Of a stretch of 64,000 nucleotides of DNA, positions 10,801-18,080 are shown in pieces. The position numbers and the translations under genes were made by a program. Source of the stretch: a virus; IMG/VR virus record IMGVR_UViG_3300042937_000753, positions 1 through 64,000 of that record; one strand, written 5' to 3'. The notes beneath the pieces are model-generated. The model had not been told where the DNA came from and did no database searches. It saw only the letters and a program-made list of their open reading frames with translations. The stretch's first letter is position 1. Each line of letters opens with the position of its first letter.

Positions 10801-11777
10801 ATGAACTTTCACAAAAAACAGGTATTAGAGCAATTAGAAAAGATGAAGACTACGGAGGTTATGGGATTGCTAATGCCTCATATGCATCTCTATTAGGAAA
10901 GTTTGATGAAACTGTAGATGCTATGATGTATTCATTAAAAAAATATCATGCTTCTCCTAAAACAGCAAATGAAAGAAAAAAAGCCTTTGATAAACAAGAA
11001 TCAAAACAAAGTACTGCTGAACGACCACCTAAAATAGAAACAGTTAAAGACTTTAAAAAGTTATATGGTGTTTTAAATGGTGGACTTGCTAGTGCTGAAG
11101 CAAGACTTGTTAATTATACAGATCAACTTGCAGCATTAAATTCTTATAAAGATAATTTGATTAGCAAAATGAGTGATAAAAATAGTATTTATTTAAAAGA
11201 AGTAAATACTAAAATAGAGACTGTAACAAAAAGAAGAAAAGAGATTGTAGAACAAAAAGAGTATTTAGATAAAAAACTAACTAAGGCAAGAGATTTATAT
11301 AAGGGATTAGGTTATGGTGTTTTAGCTATAGCAGGAGTGGGTGTAGGTGTAGCCGGATTAAATTATGCTGAAACAATAACTAAACGTCAGAAGGATAAGA
11401 TAAAAGAAGCCATAAAAAGAAATGAAGAACTAAAAAACAGAGGTATAAAGCCTGAGTTTTTACATGAATATTTACCTGATGTGGTTACAGATTACATAAG
11501 AAAAAACCCTTCGGCAAAACATTGGCCAACAGGTGAAAAAATAGAAGTAACTTCTGATAGTAATATAGTAAGGCCAATGTCAACTACATTGAAAAAAGGA
11601 AATGTAGTATGGGATATGAAATACCGAGACATGGATACTAAATTAAAAACATATCAAAAGAATCTATTAAAACTAAATAAAAAGAGTTTAGGTGGTGAAA
11701 ATGAAATGGAACTTGAGTTAACTCAAAAAGAAATAGATGATTTAGTTTCTAGAGGCTATGTAGTTATTCAGAAATAA
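4896..11777 (+). CDS. Polyvalent virion-associated effector protein (2293 aa): ART-like, protein kinase-like, zincin, nucleotidyltransferase domains, TM segment
   Basis: LYR..GKWW..ILKVDIP..EYILP (ART-like); DISGGKSNIFY..IIDLG (kinase-like); HEFGH (HExxH); VFGSS..GDIDVLI (Pol-beta NTase); hydrophobic GLGYGVLAIAGVGVGVAGL; no Cys seen. Confidence 0.65.
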   Translation: MKKYIITSIPQNKKLNTYARGGEPGDKYFKYQNTQYKKDPQGNWYKWNGKSWSAAGYGDSAYDLDQHISLQDWEQAGRFQADDANWSNDKPKATTSNYETERNKVLNSPLATTQQKIKATQAPLKSNVDLNKKLVEQKQQEDYLAEQNKLRELQEEQRRKEEEEARLLNPNFYNSETLPAVARQSGALLTEKEEDDFEAHKKDLGQKYEYLAKDQLDNNYVRYKSEYKNNAKATFQNLEWDQADKLATLATQYNTNVSDADIREQFPKATDKELSQYKDFINSSSRDLTDQLLGYAHSVDLTKALKKTHWNSGPNNDQVKALDPNDPNHIELSGRMPGTVGEWGTRIADVIANPLDAIHYGMSPTEEMPMNMYEYEKAKQQIGFEDGADLNAVNSGLDFASWFHPVGMYAQGMKMIQPTGESLVKFAQDPSWGGAGNAALNIGMNALAFYGAKSPFKFLAENSAELMAAQKAEMYDFGSKLNKFNRETYTGPQYYSEQPLQKFLPLGPSNAPISGTVLKPGPNLLPTISQPHVVTESPLTTMTPAVEKRGTTPLLDTNISLYRQQPKGYTNNYTGPDDPGLIEHEGWGKIGDPDYQAPAIFPYSTVGKWWDSNASRMADTGVSPNTQINLANNPQQEVEILKVDIPFSEASKFAASKNPEAAPWAKQDTEYILPDKYKEAAESTPFLNKPASSIDDVAINLESQIANLKQQEVLNEESRKVLWADYKAGKITGEEYNVGAKKLNPNGFDNPRYELEKQLREHKVKQDISNTPQQNILQSEEQLGKNISDGGTNNKGVFELGDNYVARLSAHGYDDASRLVTYADKIKSPRTGKTLQVKEIDGKVYQVQNKVTGTPITQLSETELQNVPKKHIDNFWKDKAELDGLGLSIDISGGKSNIFYDPKKGFQIIDLGIGESSANEVIAETYKGLKLPSSVKPVKSKYNISGATDPVTGDAKKQFLKDLQEDGDYNLFKENAKIKDPQTGAWQSSFGVPNVQDDFFKGQGLSEENSLSGISGATDPITGDVINFSKDDNQIVSDIINDVRERKIGLWQTPEGQSRLQKMIDNTPSLKGQTPESMIEGVASMTNLNNIYASKLTAKESIELQMLKVDSLHDQGLITDTDYFNQSAALDEELKTVELSIAESEETLNKNYGFYSAESNTMGIQPGAWKNEDIAKIGSHEFGHILGSFGREGKVGTTYLDDKLKTLKLLPDSAEQLKIEFPNEAGSKLYTTAYNVMGEGRDNYQSKTKKYFEEGSGGTERVPMVSEVREDMLDKGIIKSEYDKITPKMLKDHYKDYKKTRGEKYPLRIYDVIKNDSENFNIMSEVLNALPMISVAATVYDQLDGNDDNSVTEASMLGLIGLIGKKPGTFKMPKRLQGIVNDFKKYGNGALTGLRELDVRYIKKETQKLLDEFAKTDVDLGYIYGKPGLYQEQGKLEGLINTRNDKFKNFFRDRELVVQGLDPKSSLAKYLFPEAEARVKLKQFDVDQYNKAADVFKVTPEGLESNKPSVFEGVTTTGEKTITDLSTGEKVKAEVKLPGAREEYKVVDGDLVKTDTSINTPIISTEYVTALKNSRNDVETKIPGAKVFGSSVLVTEAGMPHITGDIDVLISQSDYNKNVKNNFPFVQDYGPAKQHSVYKDYGQEGVLDFNIIHEDANGKVIPYYNPDIPDKTPTEIELFRQFYPDKFQEASAKAATTGKPLEINMSSKEFMAGIDPQVKTVIDSYETSPFNKWGLYNANKEKHILRPDVLIAYGKPEVVAKGQEAYIKSIVGHKGNLGHQFSEQALSDVNKNVEALVAMNFKGDNVLQVAQDPKRMQLAINDYYINNTVFSREISEYSLPGRKYKEDIIKTALTEWFPGKGASYNGIGLNTVQKGNPNHIMATDNPIIGHRQIGLKLDTNDPVSYVNSIVRGTSGNYVFTPEEFKFIEELADKYIPEVRSQMPSNFKARDILNLQPNLPFTNKPKEFLDELSQKTGIRAIRKDEDYGGYGIANASYASLLGKFDETVDAMMYSLKKYHASPKTANERKKAFDKQESKQSTAERPPKIETVKDFKKLYGVLNGGLASAEARLVNYTDQLAALNSYKDNLISKMSDKNSIYLKEVNTKIETVTKRRKEIVEQKEYLDKKLTKARDLYKGLGYGVLAIAGVGVGVAGLNYAETITKRQKDKIKEAIKRNEELKNRGIKPEFLHEYLPDVVTDYIRKNPSAKHWPTGEKIEVTSDSNIVRPMSTTLKKGNVVWDMKYRDMDTKLKTYQKNLLKLNKKSLGGENEMELELTQKEIDDLVSRGYVVIQK

Positions 11778-11820
11778 ACTTATTATGTTTATCCATTAAA
11801 CTAAAAATTAGTATATTAAT
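11774..11820 (+). promoter_or_regulatory. Intergenic palindromic element TAAAC-N7-GTTTA followed by TAAACTAAAAATT (putative operator/late promoter)
   Basis: ATAAACTTATTATGTTTAT at 11774-11792; near-identical architecture at 18022-18060. Confidence 0.5.
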
Positions 11821-11836
11821 ATATAGAACATGTTTT

Positions 11837-14800
11837 ATGAAAAAAATAAAAGTAAGAATATACAAAGATCCAAATGGTCAAGGAGAGTATGTAAACAAAA
11901 CTGCTAACTTTTTGAAAAAGGCTCGTAGTGGAATGCAAGTTGATAGTCTTGAACTAGAAGAAGAAATATTAAATCAACTAGCTATTACACAAGATGTTGA
12001 TGTAATTGCAAGTAAGCTAGAGGATGATTATGGACTAGATTATTTTGAAGCATTAGATCAAATTGAAAATGTAGTTGGTGGTCTTTATAGACAAGATGTA
12101 ACTGCAACAAAAAATGAAATACTAGATCAAGATCCAAATGTTGATCAACCAGAAGTTATTAAACCAAAATTATATAATACCGATGAACCATGGGTATCAG
12201 ATGATAATAGTGGTTGGGATGATTTTGGTGAAGAAACAGAAGATGCTGAAGGTACATCAGAATATGATGATTTAGCACAAGAAGATGAACAAGCATTATC
12301 TTTACAAAAAAAAGGAGGAACCGTGAGTAAAAAGAAATTTGTTAAAACAGTTGTAAGAGGTCTTAGAAAAGCTGCAGAAGGAATGCAACAAGAGCAATCT
12401 AGTGAAGCATCTCCTATGGATATTCCAATAGGTGGTAGAGCAAGTCATATAGCTAGTTTTAGAAGAGGTTTAAAAGATTTAGGTAATGAGTTTTATGCTA
12501 AGAAAATTTATGATGAAACTCAAAAATTAAAAAATGAAACAGAACAGTTACCAACTGTACAACCAGGAATGATGAGAGCACAATACGGAATGCAAATGGA
12601 AAAAGATCCTGAAGATTATTCACATCATCTTTTAGCTTTAGCAGAAGCTAATTCAAATATATTTGATGAACCTATGAATCAAATACACGGAGCAGGTTTT
12701 GAAAACATTCCTGAAGCTAGAAGAGGTAGAGAACAAAGACAAGCTGATAGACAACAAAAAAATATGTCTAAAGATTGGAATAATGCATTTGGAGATATGG
12801 CTGCGGGATATTTTGGTGTACCAGGGATGCCTAATTATTTACAAGTAGTTAATCCACAAATGGTTAATCCACAAGCTAATGTAACTTCTCAAAATCAAGG
12901 AAACCCAACAGGTCCATTTATAGATGTTAACTATAAAAAAGGTCCTTGGTGGTCAGGTAAAAGAGAATGGTCTGCTAAAGGAATTCCTGCAGAAATGTTA
13001 ATGGGTGCTGGAAGAGGTAATGGTGTTATGCCAGGTCATGGTTATATGCCTAGCAATTCATGGTCAAATAGTTCATCATGGAACACACAAAGAAATTTTC
13101 CTGGTGAAATCATAAGAAGTAAATCTAGAACTATTAATGCTGCGGCAGATCCTGCAAAGAATAGTCGTACAAGTTCTACAACAACTACAAGTAATAGTTC
13201 AAGCAGTAACATATCAACTGTTTTAAATAATAATTCTGAAGAAAATAACACTGCACAGAATCTAGAAGAAAATGAGTATGAGAGAAGTTTTATGGATAAA
13301 ACATTGGATCCAGAAAACAAAATGCATGGTACTCAGTTTTCTTTTATGAATGTTCAAGATCCGGAAGAGTTAAGACAAGGAAACTTTGATAACTATTATT
13401 TTACAGATCCTAAAACAGGTGTGACTTATATGTCTAATAATTTTGGTACTGAGATGGATGCTGGAAAAGAATCATGGAATCCGGTTACATTACCTCCAGA
13501 GCAAATGGAAAGATTAGGACATCCAATTCAACATTGGGATTCAGATCCTAATAATCCAGATGGAGCTCCTATATATAATCCTGAAAAAAGCAGATTCATA
13601 AAACCAAATAATTGGTTACAATATGAGTATGATCAAAATAAAGAGATGGGTCAACCTTTTGATGAAGATAAATATTATCAAACTAATTATCCTCAAGAAT
13701 ATAACCAACTCATTAAAGCATATGGTGGGCCGGTGAGTAATCCACAGATGGATGCCAATGGTAATCTACAAAGATTTGTTTACGGAGGTAATGATATGGG
13801 TGTATCACCAATTGTAGCATATGATAATAATGATATTAACTCTAAAGACATAGATGATCCATTCATGTTTAGAAAAGGTGGTTTATATAAGTATGAAGGA
13901 GAAGAGAATAGTCAAGTTGATTATACTGTTACAAATCCTCCTGCGGCTACTCCACCAAACCAGTATCAGACTCCTGCATTTAATAGATACAATTCTAATG
14001 CAACATCTCAAAGTAACTTTGCTGCATTTAATGAAATGAAAAAGAGAGGTTTAGTAACAGGTAATTATAATCCTGCTCAATCATATGATATGAGTAATAC
14101 TGGTACAACTACAAAAACATCTGGTAGTTCTGGTATAAAAGCAAATTCACCAGCTCCAGGTTGGACATGGGAAGAATGGAATGCGTTACCAGAATCAGCA
14201 AGAACTAAGATTGGTCAAAATTTACAAGGACAAAATACCCAAAATCAAGGTACTACAACTCAAGGTGGTTATCCTACAGCACCTTCAATAAAACAACAGT
14301 TGTTAGATAAGTTTTCTCCATTTAAGAGAAATCAACAAACTGGAAAATTTTATGACTTTATGTGGGCATCTCAACAAGGTGCTCCAACTACTGCAGATGG
14401 TAAACCATATCAAGTACCAGGTGGAACACAACCTGGTCAAGGACAACCTGGTACTGGACAACCAGGGCAAGGACAAGGTGCACCAGGACAACCAAATAAA
14501 GCAGGTTATTACTATGACTATAAGCTTGAAAAAGGGCCTTGGTGGAAAGGAAATAAACAAAGTATGTCTATGACTGGTAAATGGATAGACCCTAACAATC
14601 CTAATGCAGGTACCTCAGCAAATACAGGACAATTTAATAATGGTCAAGGACCTACAGTTAATGCTGGTAATACTAATCAACCTACTACAAATACAGGTGT
14701 TCAACCTGATGGTACTAGATTTGTAAAAGGTATGTCAATTGGTGATAATCAAATGATAAAAACCAATACAGATGTTAAGGGTAATAATATGGGTATTGAT

Positions 14801-15544
14801 AATAAAGGTAGACTTGTAAGTTCTGGAGCTCCGGGACGTACAACAGCACCTGCTACAACTCCACCAGAAGTTGTAGAAGAATATCCTGGATTACCATTTG
14901 AATATGGTGGTTACATGGCTTATGGTGGTAATGTTCCAGAGTTTCAACTTGCTGGTCAGTTTAGTGGAAGTGGTCCTTTTGATCCTAATAATAATGTAAA
15001 TACTATTAATAATGTAAATACTAATGATTGTAGTGAAGAAGATACAAAAGATCCAAACAGTCCTTGTTATGTTCCTGCTTTTGCTAGACCTGGTGCAACT
15101 CTACAAGAAATGATGGGTACAAATACAAATACAAATACTGAGCAACCTAAAGATTTTACAGTAAATTATGAACTTAATAAAGCAAGAACTCTTGATTTAG
15201 GAAACGTAGGTAATATTGGAATGGCTGCAGCAAGAATAGGAACAGGTGCTGGTAATATGGCAGACACTATGTATAATGAAAATTATCTTAATTCAAGAAC
15301 AGATAGTGGTAATAGAGAATCTGTAAACTACAATGAAACACATGGTGGATATCTAGAGGATGGAAGAATTGGTGCTAAACAACAAGGTAGAGGAGCAAAA
15401 GGATTTAACAGTGTTGTTGGTACAGGTGCCTTTAGTAAATTGGGTGGTCAATTAAAATATGCAAAAGGTGGTGTATATGATCTTACAGAAGAAGAAGTAG
15501 GTAAAATACTTGCTGCTGGTGGTCAAATCAAATTTATAAAATAA
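11837..15544 (+). CDS. Low-complexity virion cargo protein with about 13 PhixxG(G/M) motifs, N- and C-terminal tags (1235 aa)
   Basis: ARSGM, QKKGG, AAEGM, AQYGM, AYGG (x2), FVYGG, FRKGG, FEYGG, SKLGG, YAKGG; G/Q/P/N/T-rich; duplicated KGPWW element. Confidence 0.6.
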   Translation: MKKIKVRIYKDPNGQGEYVNKTANFLKKARSGMQVDSLELEEEILNQLAITQDVDVIASKLEDDYGLDYFEALDQIENVVGGLYRQDVTATKNEILDQDPNVDQPEVIKPKLYNTDEPWVSDDNSGWDDFGEETEDAEGTSEYDDLAQEDEQALSLQKKGGTVSKKKFVKTVVRGLRKAAEGMQQEQSSEASPMDIPIGGRASHIASFRRGLKDLGNEFYAKKIYDETQKLKNETEQLPTVQPGMMRAQYGMQMEKDPEDYSHHLLALAEANSNIFDEPMNQIHGAGFENIPEARRGREQRQADRQQKNMSKDWNNAFGDMAAGYFGVPGMPNYLQVVNPQMVNPQANVTSQNQGNPTGPFIDVNYKKGPWWSGKREWSAKGIPAEMLMGAGRGNGVMPGHGYMPSNSWSNSSSWNTQRNFPGEIIRSKSRTINAAADPAKNSRTSSTTTTSNSSSSNISTVLNNNSEENNTAQNLEENEYERSFMDKTLDPENKMHGTQFSFMNVQDPEELRQGNFDNYYFTDPKTGVTYMSNNFGTEMDAGKESWNPVTLPPEQMERLGHPIQHWDSDPNNPDGAPIYNPEKSRFIKPNNWLQYEYDQNKEMGQPFDEDKYYQTNYPQEYNQLIKAYGGPVSNPQMDANGNLQRFVYGGNDMGVSPIVAYDNNDINSKDIDDPFMFRKGGLYKYEGEENSQVDYTVTNPPAATPPNQYQTPAFNRYNSNATSQSNFAAFNEMKKRGLVTGNYNPAQSYDMSNTGTTTKTSGSSGIKANSPAPGWTWEEWNALPESARTKIGQNLQGQNTQNQGTTTQGGYPTAPSIKQQLLDKFSPFKRNQQTGKFYDFMWASQQGAPTTADGKPYQVPGGTQPGQGQPGTGQPGQGQGAPGQPNKAGYYYDYKLEKGPWWKGNKQSMSMTGKWIDPNNPNAGTSANTGQFNNGQGPTVNAGNTNQPTTNTGVQPDGTRFVKGMSIGDNQMIKTNTDVKGNNMGIDNKGRLVSSGAPGRTTAPATTPPEVVEEYPGLPFEYGGYMAYGGNVPEFQLAGQFSGSGPFDPNNNVNTINNVNTNDCSEEDTKDPNSPCYVPAFARPGATLQEMMGTNTNTNTEQPKDFTVNYELNKARTLDLGNVGNIGMAAARIGTGAGNMADTMYNENYLNSRTDSGNRESVNYNETHGGYLEDGRIGAKQQGRGAKGFNSVVGTGAFSKLGGQLKYAKGGVYDLTEEEVGKILAAGGQIKFIK
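14428..14495 (+). repeat. Coding tandem repeat encoding QPGQG-QPGTG-QPGQG-QGAPG-QP
   Basis: Degenerate 15-nt units such as acaacctggtcaagg / acaacctggtactgg / acaaccagggcaagg. Confidence 0.7.
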
Positions 15545-15547
15545 GAC

Positions 15548-18022
15548 ATGAGAGTTCAAATAACAAAGTTACCTATTGATAAAGCTGCTTATGGAAAGCA
15601 GGTACAAGGATCATTGTCTTTAAGTCCAGGAGCTTTTGGTGGTGGTGATTATAAAGCATCAAGTGATAAATCTTATCGTGGTGTTAGAGGTTCAGTGGAT
15701 GAAGTTCCTAGAGAAGAAGCTAACTTAGAGGCTGAAGGTGGAGAAACTGCTTTTGGTCCTATAACAGGACAGTCAATACCTGATCATTTAAAGATTAAAG
15801 GTAAAAGACATACTGAAGGTGGTGTACCTTTGAATCTTCCAGATGACACTTTTATTTTTAGTGACACAGCTTCACTAAGAATAAATGATCCATCTGTATT
15901 AGCAATGTTTAATAAGACACCTAAGAAAGGTGGTTATACTCCTGCAGAAATTGCAAAGCCCTATAACATCAATAAATATAAATCAATCTTATTAGATCCT
16001 GATACAAGTAGGTTAGAAAGAGATACTGCTACTATCATGATTAAGAATTATATTATGAAGTTAGGTTCACTTGCATTAGTTCAAGAATCTATGAAAGGAT
16101 TTCCACAAGGTATTCCAGAAATGGCTAAGCCATATATGGAAGCTAATGGAATTGCTGAAGAGGACTTAATGCCAGAGTTAAAAGAACAAGCTGATGCATT
16201 AGAGCAAGCAATGAGTTCTGGTCAACCTACAGGAATGCAACAAGGACAAAATCCAATGGCTGCTCAAGAGATGCAACAAATGGATCCTGAGCAAGCTATG
16301 CAGGCAGACCAAGCAATGATGAATCAAGGACAAGGTCAACCATCTTATCCACAACAAATGCCTAGTGGAGCTCCTGTAGCTTCACCAGAAATGATGCAAC
16401 AAATGGCTGGTCAAGGTTCTATGCCTCCACCAGACATGATGCAAGAACAAGGTATGATGCAATATGGCGGAATGCCCTATGCTGCTTATGGTATGGAAAT
16501 GGGAGGTTATGACTTTCCATATGATCCAAATCAAATGGCTATGGGTGGTATGCCTAAGTTTTCTGGTCCTGGAAATAGTCAAGTTAATGGTGGCCCTGGC
16601 GGGCCTGGTGGTCCAACAGTTACAGTAAATAATATTGCTGCTACTAGAACAAATGCTGCCCCAACTGAACAAGGATGGACTCAGGGTACACCTGTTGGTG
16701 CAACTGGTCAAAATGCACAAGGTTGGTCTAGAACAACAAGAGGTCAAGGAGAGGCTGTAACATATCATACTGGCAGCGGAGGAGGAACTGAAAGAGGGGT
16801 TGCTCAAGGAATCTGTTCTAAAATTAATAAATCAGGTAATATTGAAGAAGCAATTAGAGAGGCTTTTCCTGCTTATCTAAAAGGTAAAAGACAAGGTGAT
16901 CCAGGTTATGAAGAAGTAATGGCAGCAGCTGTTGCTAAATTATCTGCTAATCCTCTATATAAAGATTGTATTACTGCGGCTAATGCAAAATTTGTAAAGA
17001 AAACAGCAGTTTTTATGGATGAAACAGAGCCTGAAAAAAAATGTCCATGTGAAGATGAAAATGGAAATGTAATTGAAGGCATGTTTGCTAGTCAAGATGA
17101 GAATGGAAACTGTCTTGAAGAAACTTGTGGTAGTGAAACTGAAACTCTTATGTGTAAATGTGTTGATCCAGTAACAGGTGCTGAAAAAGAATTCCCTATT
17201 GAAAATGAAGAGCAATGTGTTTGTCAAGATGGTAGCCGTGGTCAAGCTGTTGCAGGAGGAATTGATTCTCCACATCTAAGTAAAAGATCTAGAATGGATA
17301 TTGCAAGAAATGCATCAATGAAAACTGGTGTAGCAAGAGACAATGTTGTTTTGCCAGGAAGAGCTCAAATAGAAGGTGCTTATGAAGAATATCAAACTAA
17401 AGTTGATACAGCTCAATCTGCAGTAAATGCAATGCAGAATGCTGTAATGAATGGTATGGCTGGATCAACAGCTTCTAAACAAGTTCAAATGAAAGATCTA
17501 CTTGGTAAGTCTTTAAGAGCTTCTATAGATGCAGTAGCTGGTGTACAATCTAGAAACGTGGATAGACAAAGAGAAACTAATGTTCAAAAGGCTAATATTG
17601 ATAATGCTAATATAAGTGCTAGAACTCTTGGAATATCAGCGGCTTTAAGCAGTCAAAAAGATTCTAGAAATCAAGAAACTGTTAATGAAAATAGAAGACT
17701 CTTTAATACAATGGGTGCTGGAATAGCAGGAGCAGATAGAATGGCTCAATTGCAACAAGTAAACAAAGGATCTAATCAATTCAATGCTGATTATGAGAAT
17801 GAGTTTGTTTATAATACGGGTGTACAAAAACCATTTACTGGTGCTGGTAGCGCATCTCTTGAAGATAGAACAAATTATTATTTAGGTAAAACTGGAGACT
17901 ATGACAAAGCATTTGAAATGGCATATAAAGAAGGAAGGCTTAATAAGACAAGACTTGGTGGTCAAAGATTAGCCAATGGGGGTTATGTTTTAGCTAGCAA
18001 TGTATATCCTTTTATATTATAA
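15548..18022 (+). CDS. Virion cargo protein with EAEGGE/HTEGGV motif, M/Q-rich segment and Cys-rich region (824 aa)
   Basis: ANLEAEGGET..GKRHTEGGV resembles a motif in crAss-like virion proteins; AAYGK, MQYGG, AAYGM, MAMGG, TRLGG, LANGG; CPC/CKC/CVC repeats. Confidence 0.6.
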   Translation: MRVQITKLPIDKAAYGKQVQGSLSLSPGAFGGGDYKASSDKSYRGVRGSVDEVPREEANLEAEGGETAFGPITGQSIPDHLKIKGKRHTEGGVPLNLPDDTFIFSDTASLRINDPSVLAMFNKTPKKGGYTPAEIAKPYNINKYKSILLDPDTSRLERDTATIMIKNYIMKLGSLALVQESMKGFPQGIPEMAKPYMEANGIAEEDLMPELKEQADALEQAMSSGQPTGMQQGQNPMAAQEMQQMDPEQAMQADQAMMNQGQGQPSYPQQMPSGAPVASPEMMQQMAGQGSMPPPDMMQEQGMMQYGGMPYAAYGMEMGGYDFPYDPNQMAMGGMPKFSGPGNSQVNGGPGGPGGPTVTVNNIAATRTNAAPTEQGWTQGTPVGATGQNAQGWSRTTRGQGEAVTYHTGSGGGTERGVAQGICSKINKSGNIEEAIREAFPAYLKGKRQGDPGYEEVMAAAVAKLSANPLYKDCITAANAKFVKKTAVFMDETEPEKKCPCEDENGNVIEGMFASQDENGNCLEETCGSETETLMCKCVDPVTGAEKEFPIENEEQCVCQDGSRGQAVAGGIDSPHLSKRSRMDIARNASMKTGVARDNVVLPGRAQIEGAYEEYQTKVDTAQSAVNAMQNAVMNGMAGSTASKQVQMKDLLGKSLRASIDAVAGVQSRNVDRQRETNVQKANIDNANISARTLGISAALSSQKDSRNQETVNENRRLFNTMGAGIAGADRMAQLQQVNKGSNQFNADYENEFVYNTGVQKPFTGAGSASLEDRTNYYLGKTGDYDKAFEMAYKEGRLNKTRLGGQRLANGGYVLASNVYPFIL

Positions 18023-18060
18023 TAAACTTAATAGGTTTAATAAACTTAAAAAATTTTAAT
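18022..18060 (+). promoter_or_regulatory. Second copy of TAAAC-N7-GTTTA / TAAACT element upstream of ejection-protein operon
   Basis: ATAAACTTAATAGGTTTAATAAACTTAAAAAATT in a 58-nt intergenic gap. Confidence 0.5.
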
Positions 18061-18080
18061 AGTTTTATAACAAAAATATT

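Noticed and set aside
15457-15544. Resemblance of the C-terminal tag to ribosomal protein L7/L12 or L15 C-termini
   Set aside because: A generic helix-Gly-strand pattern over about 20 aa; insufficient evidence of homology.
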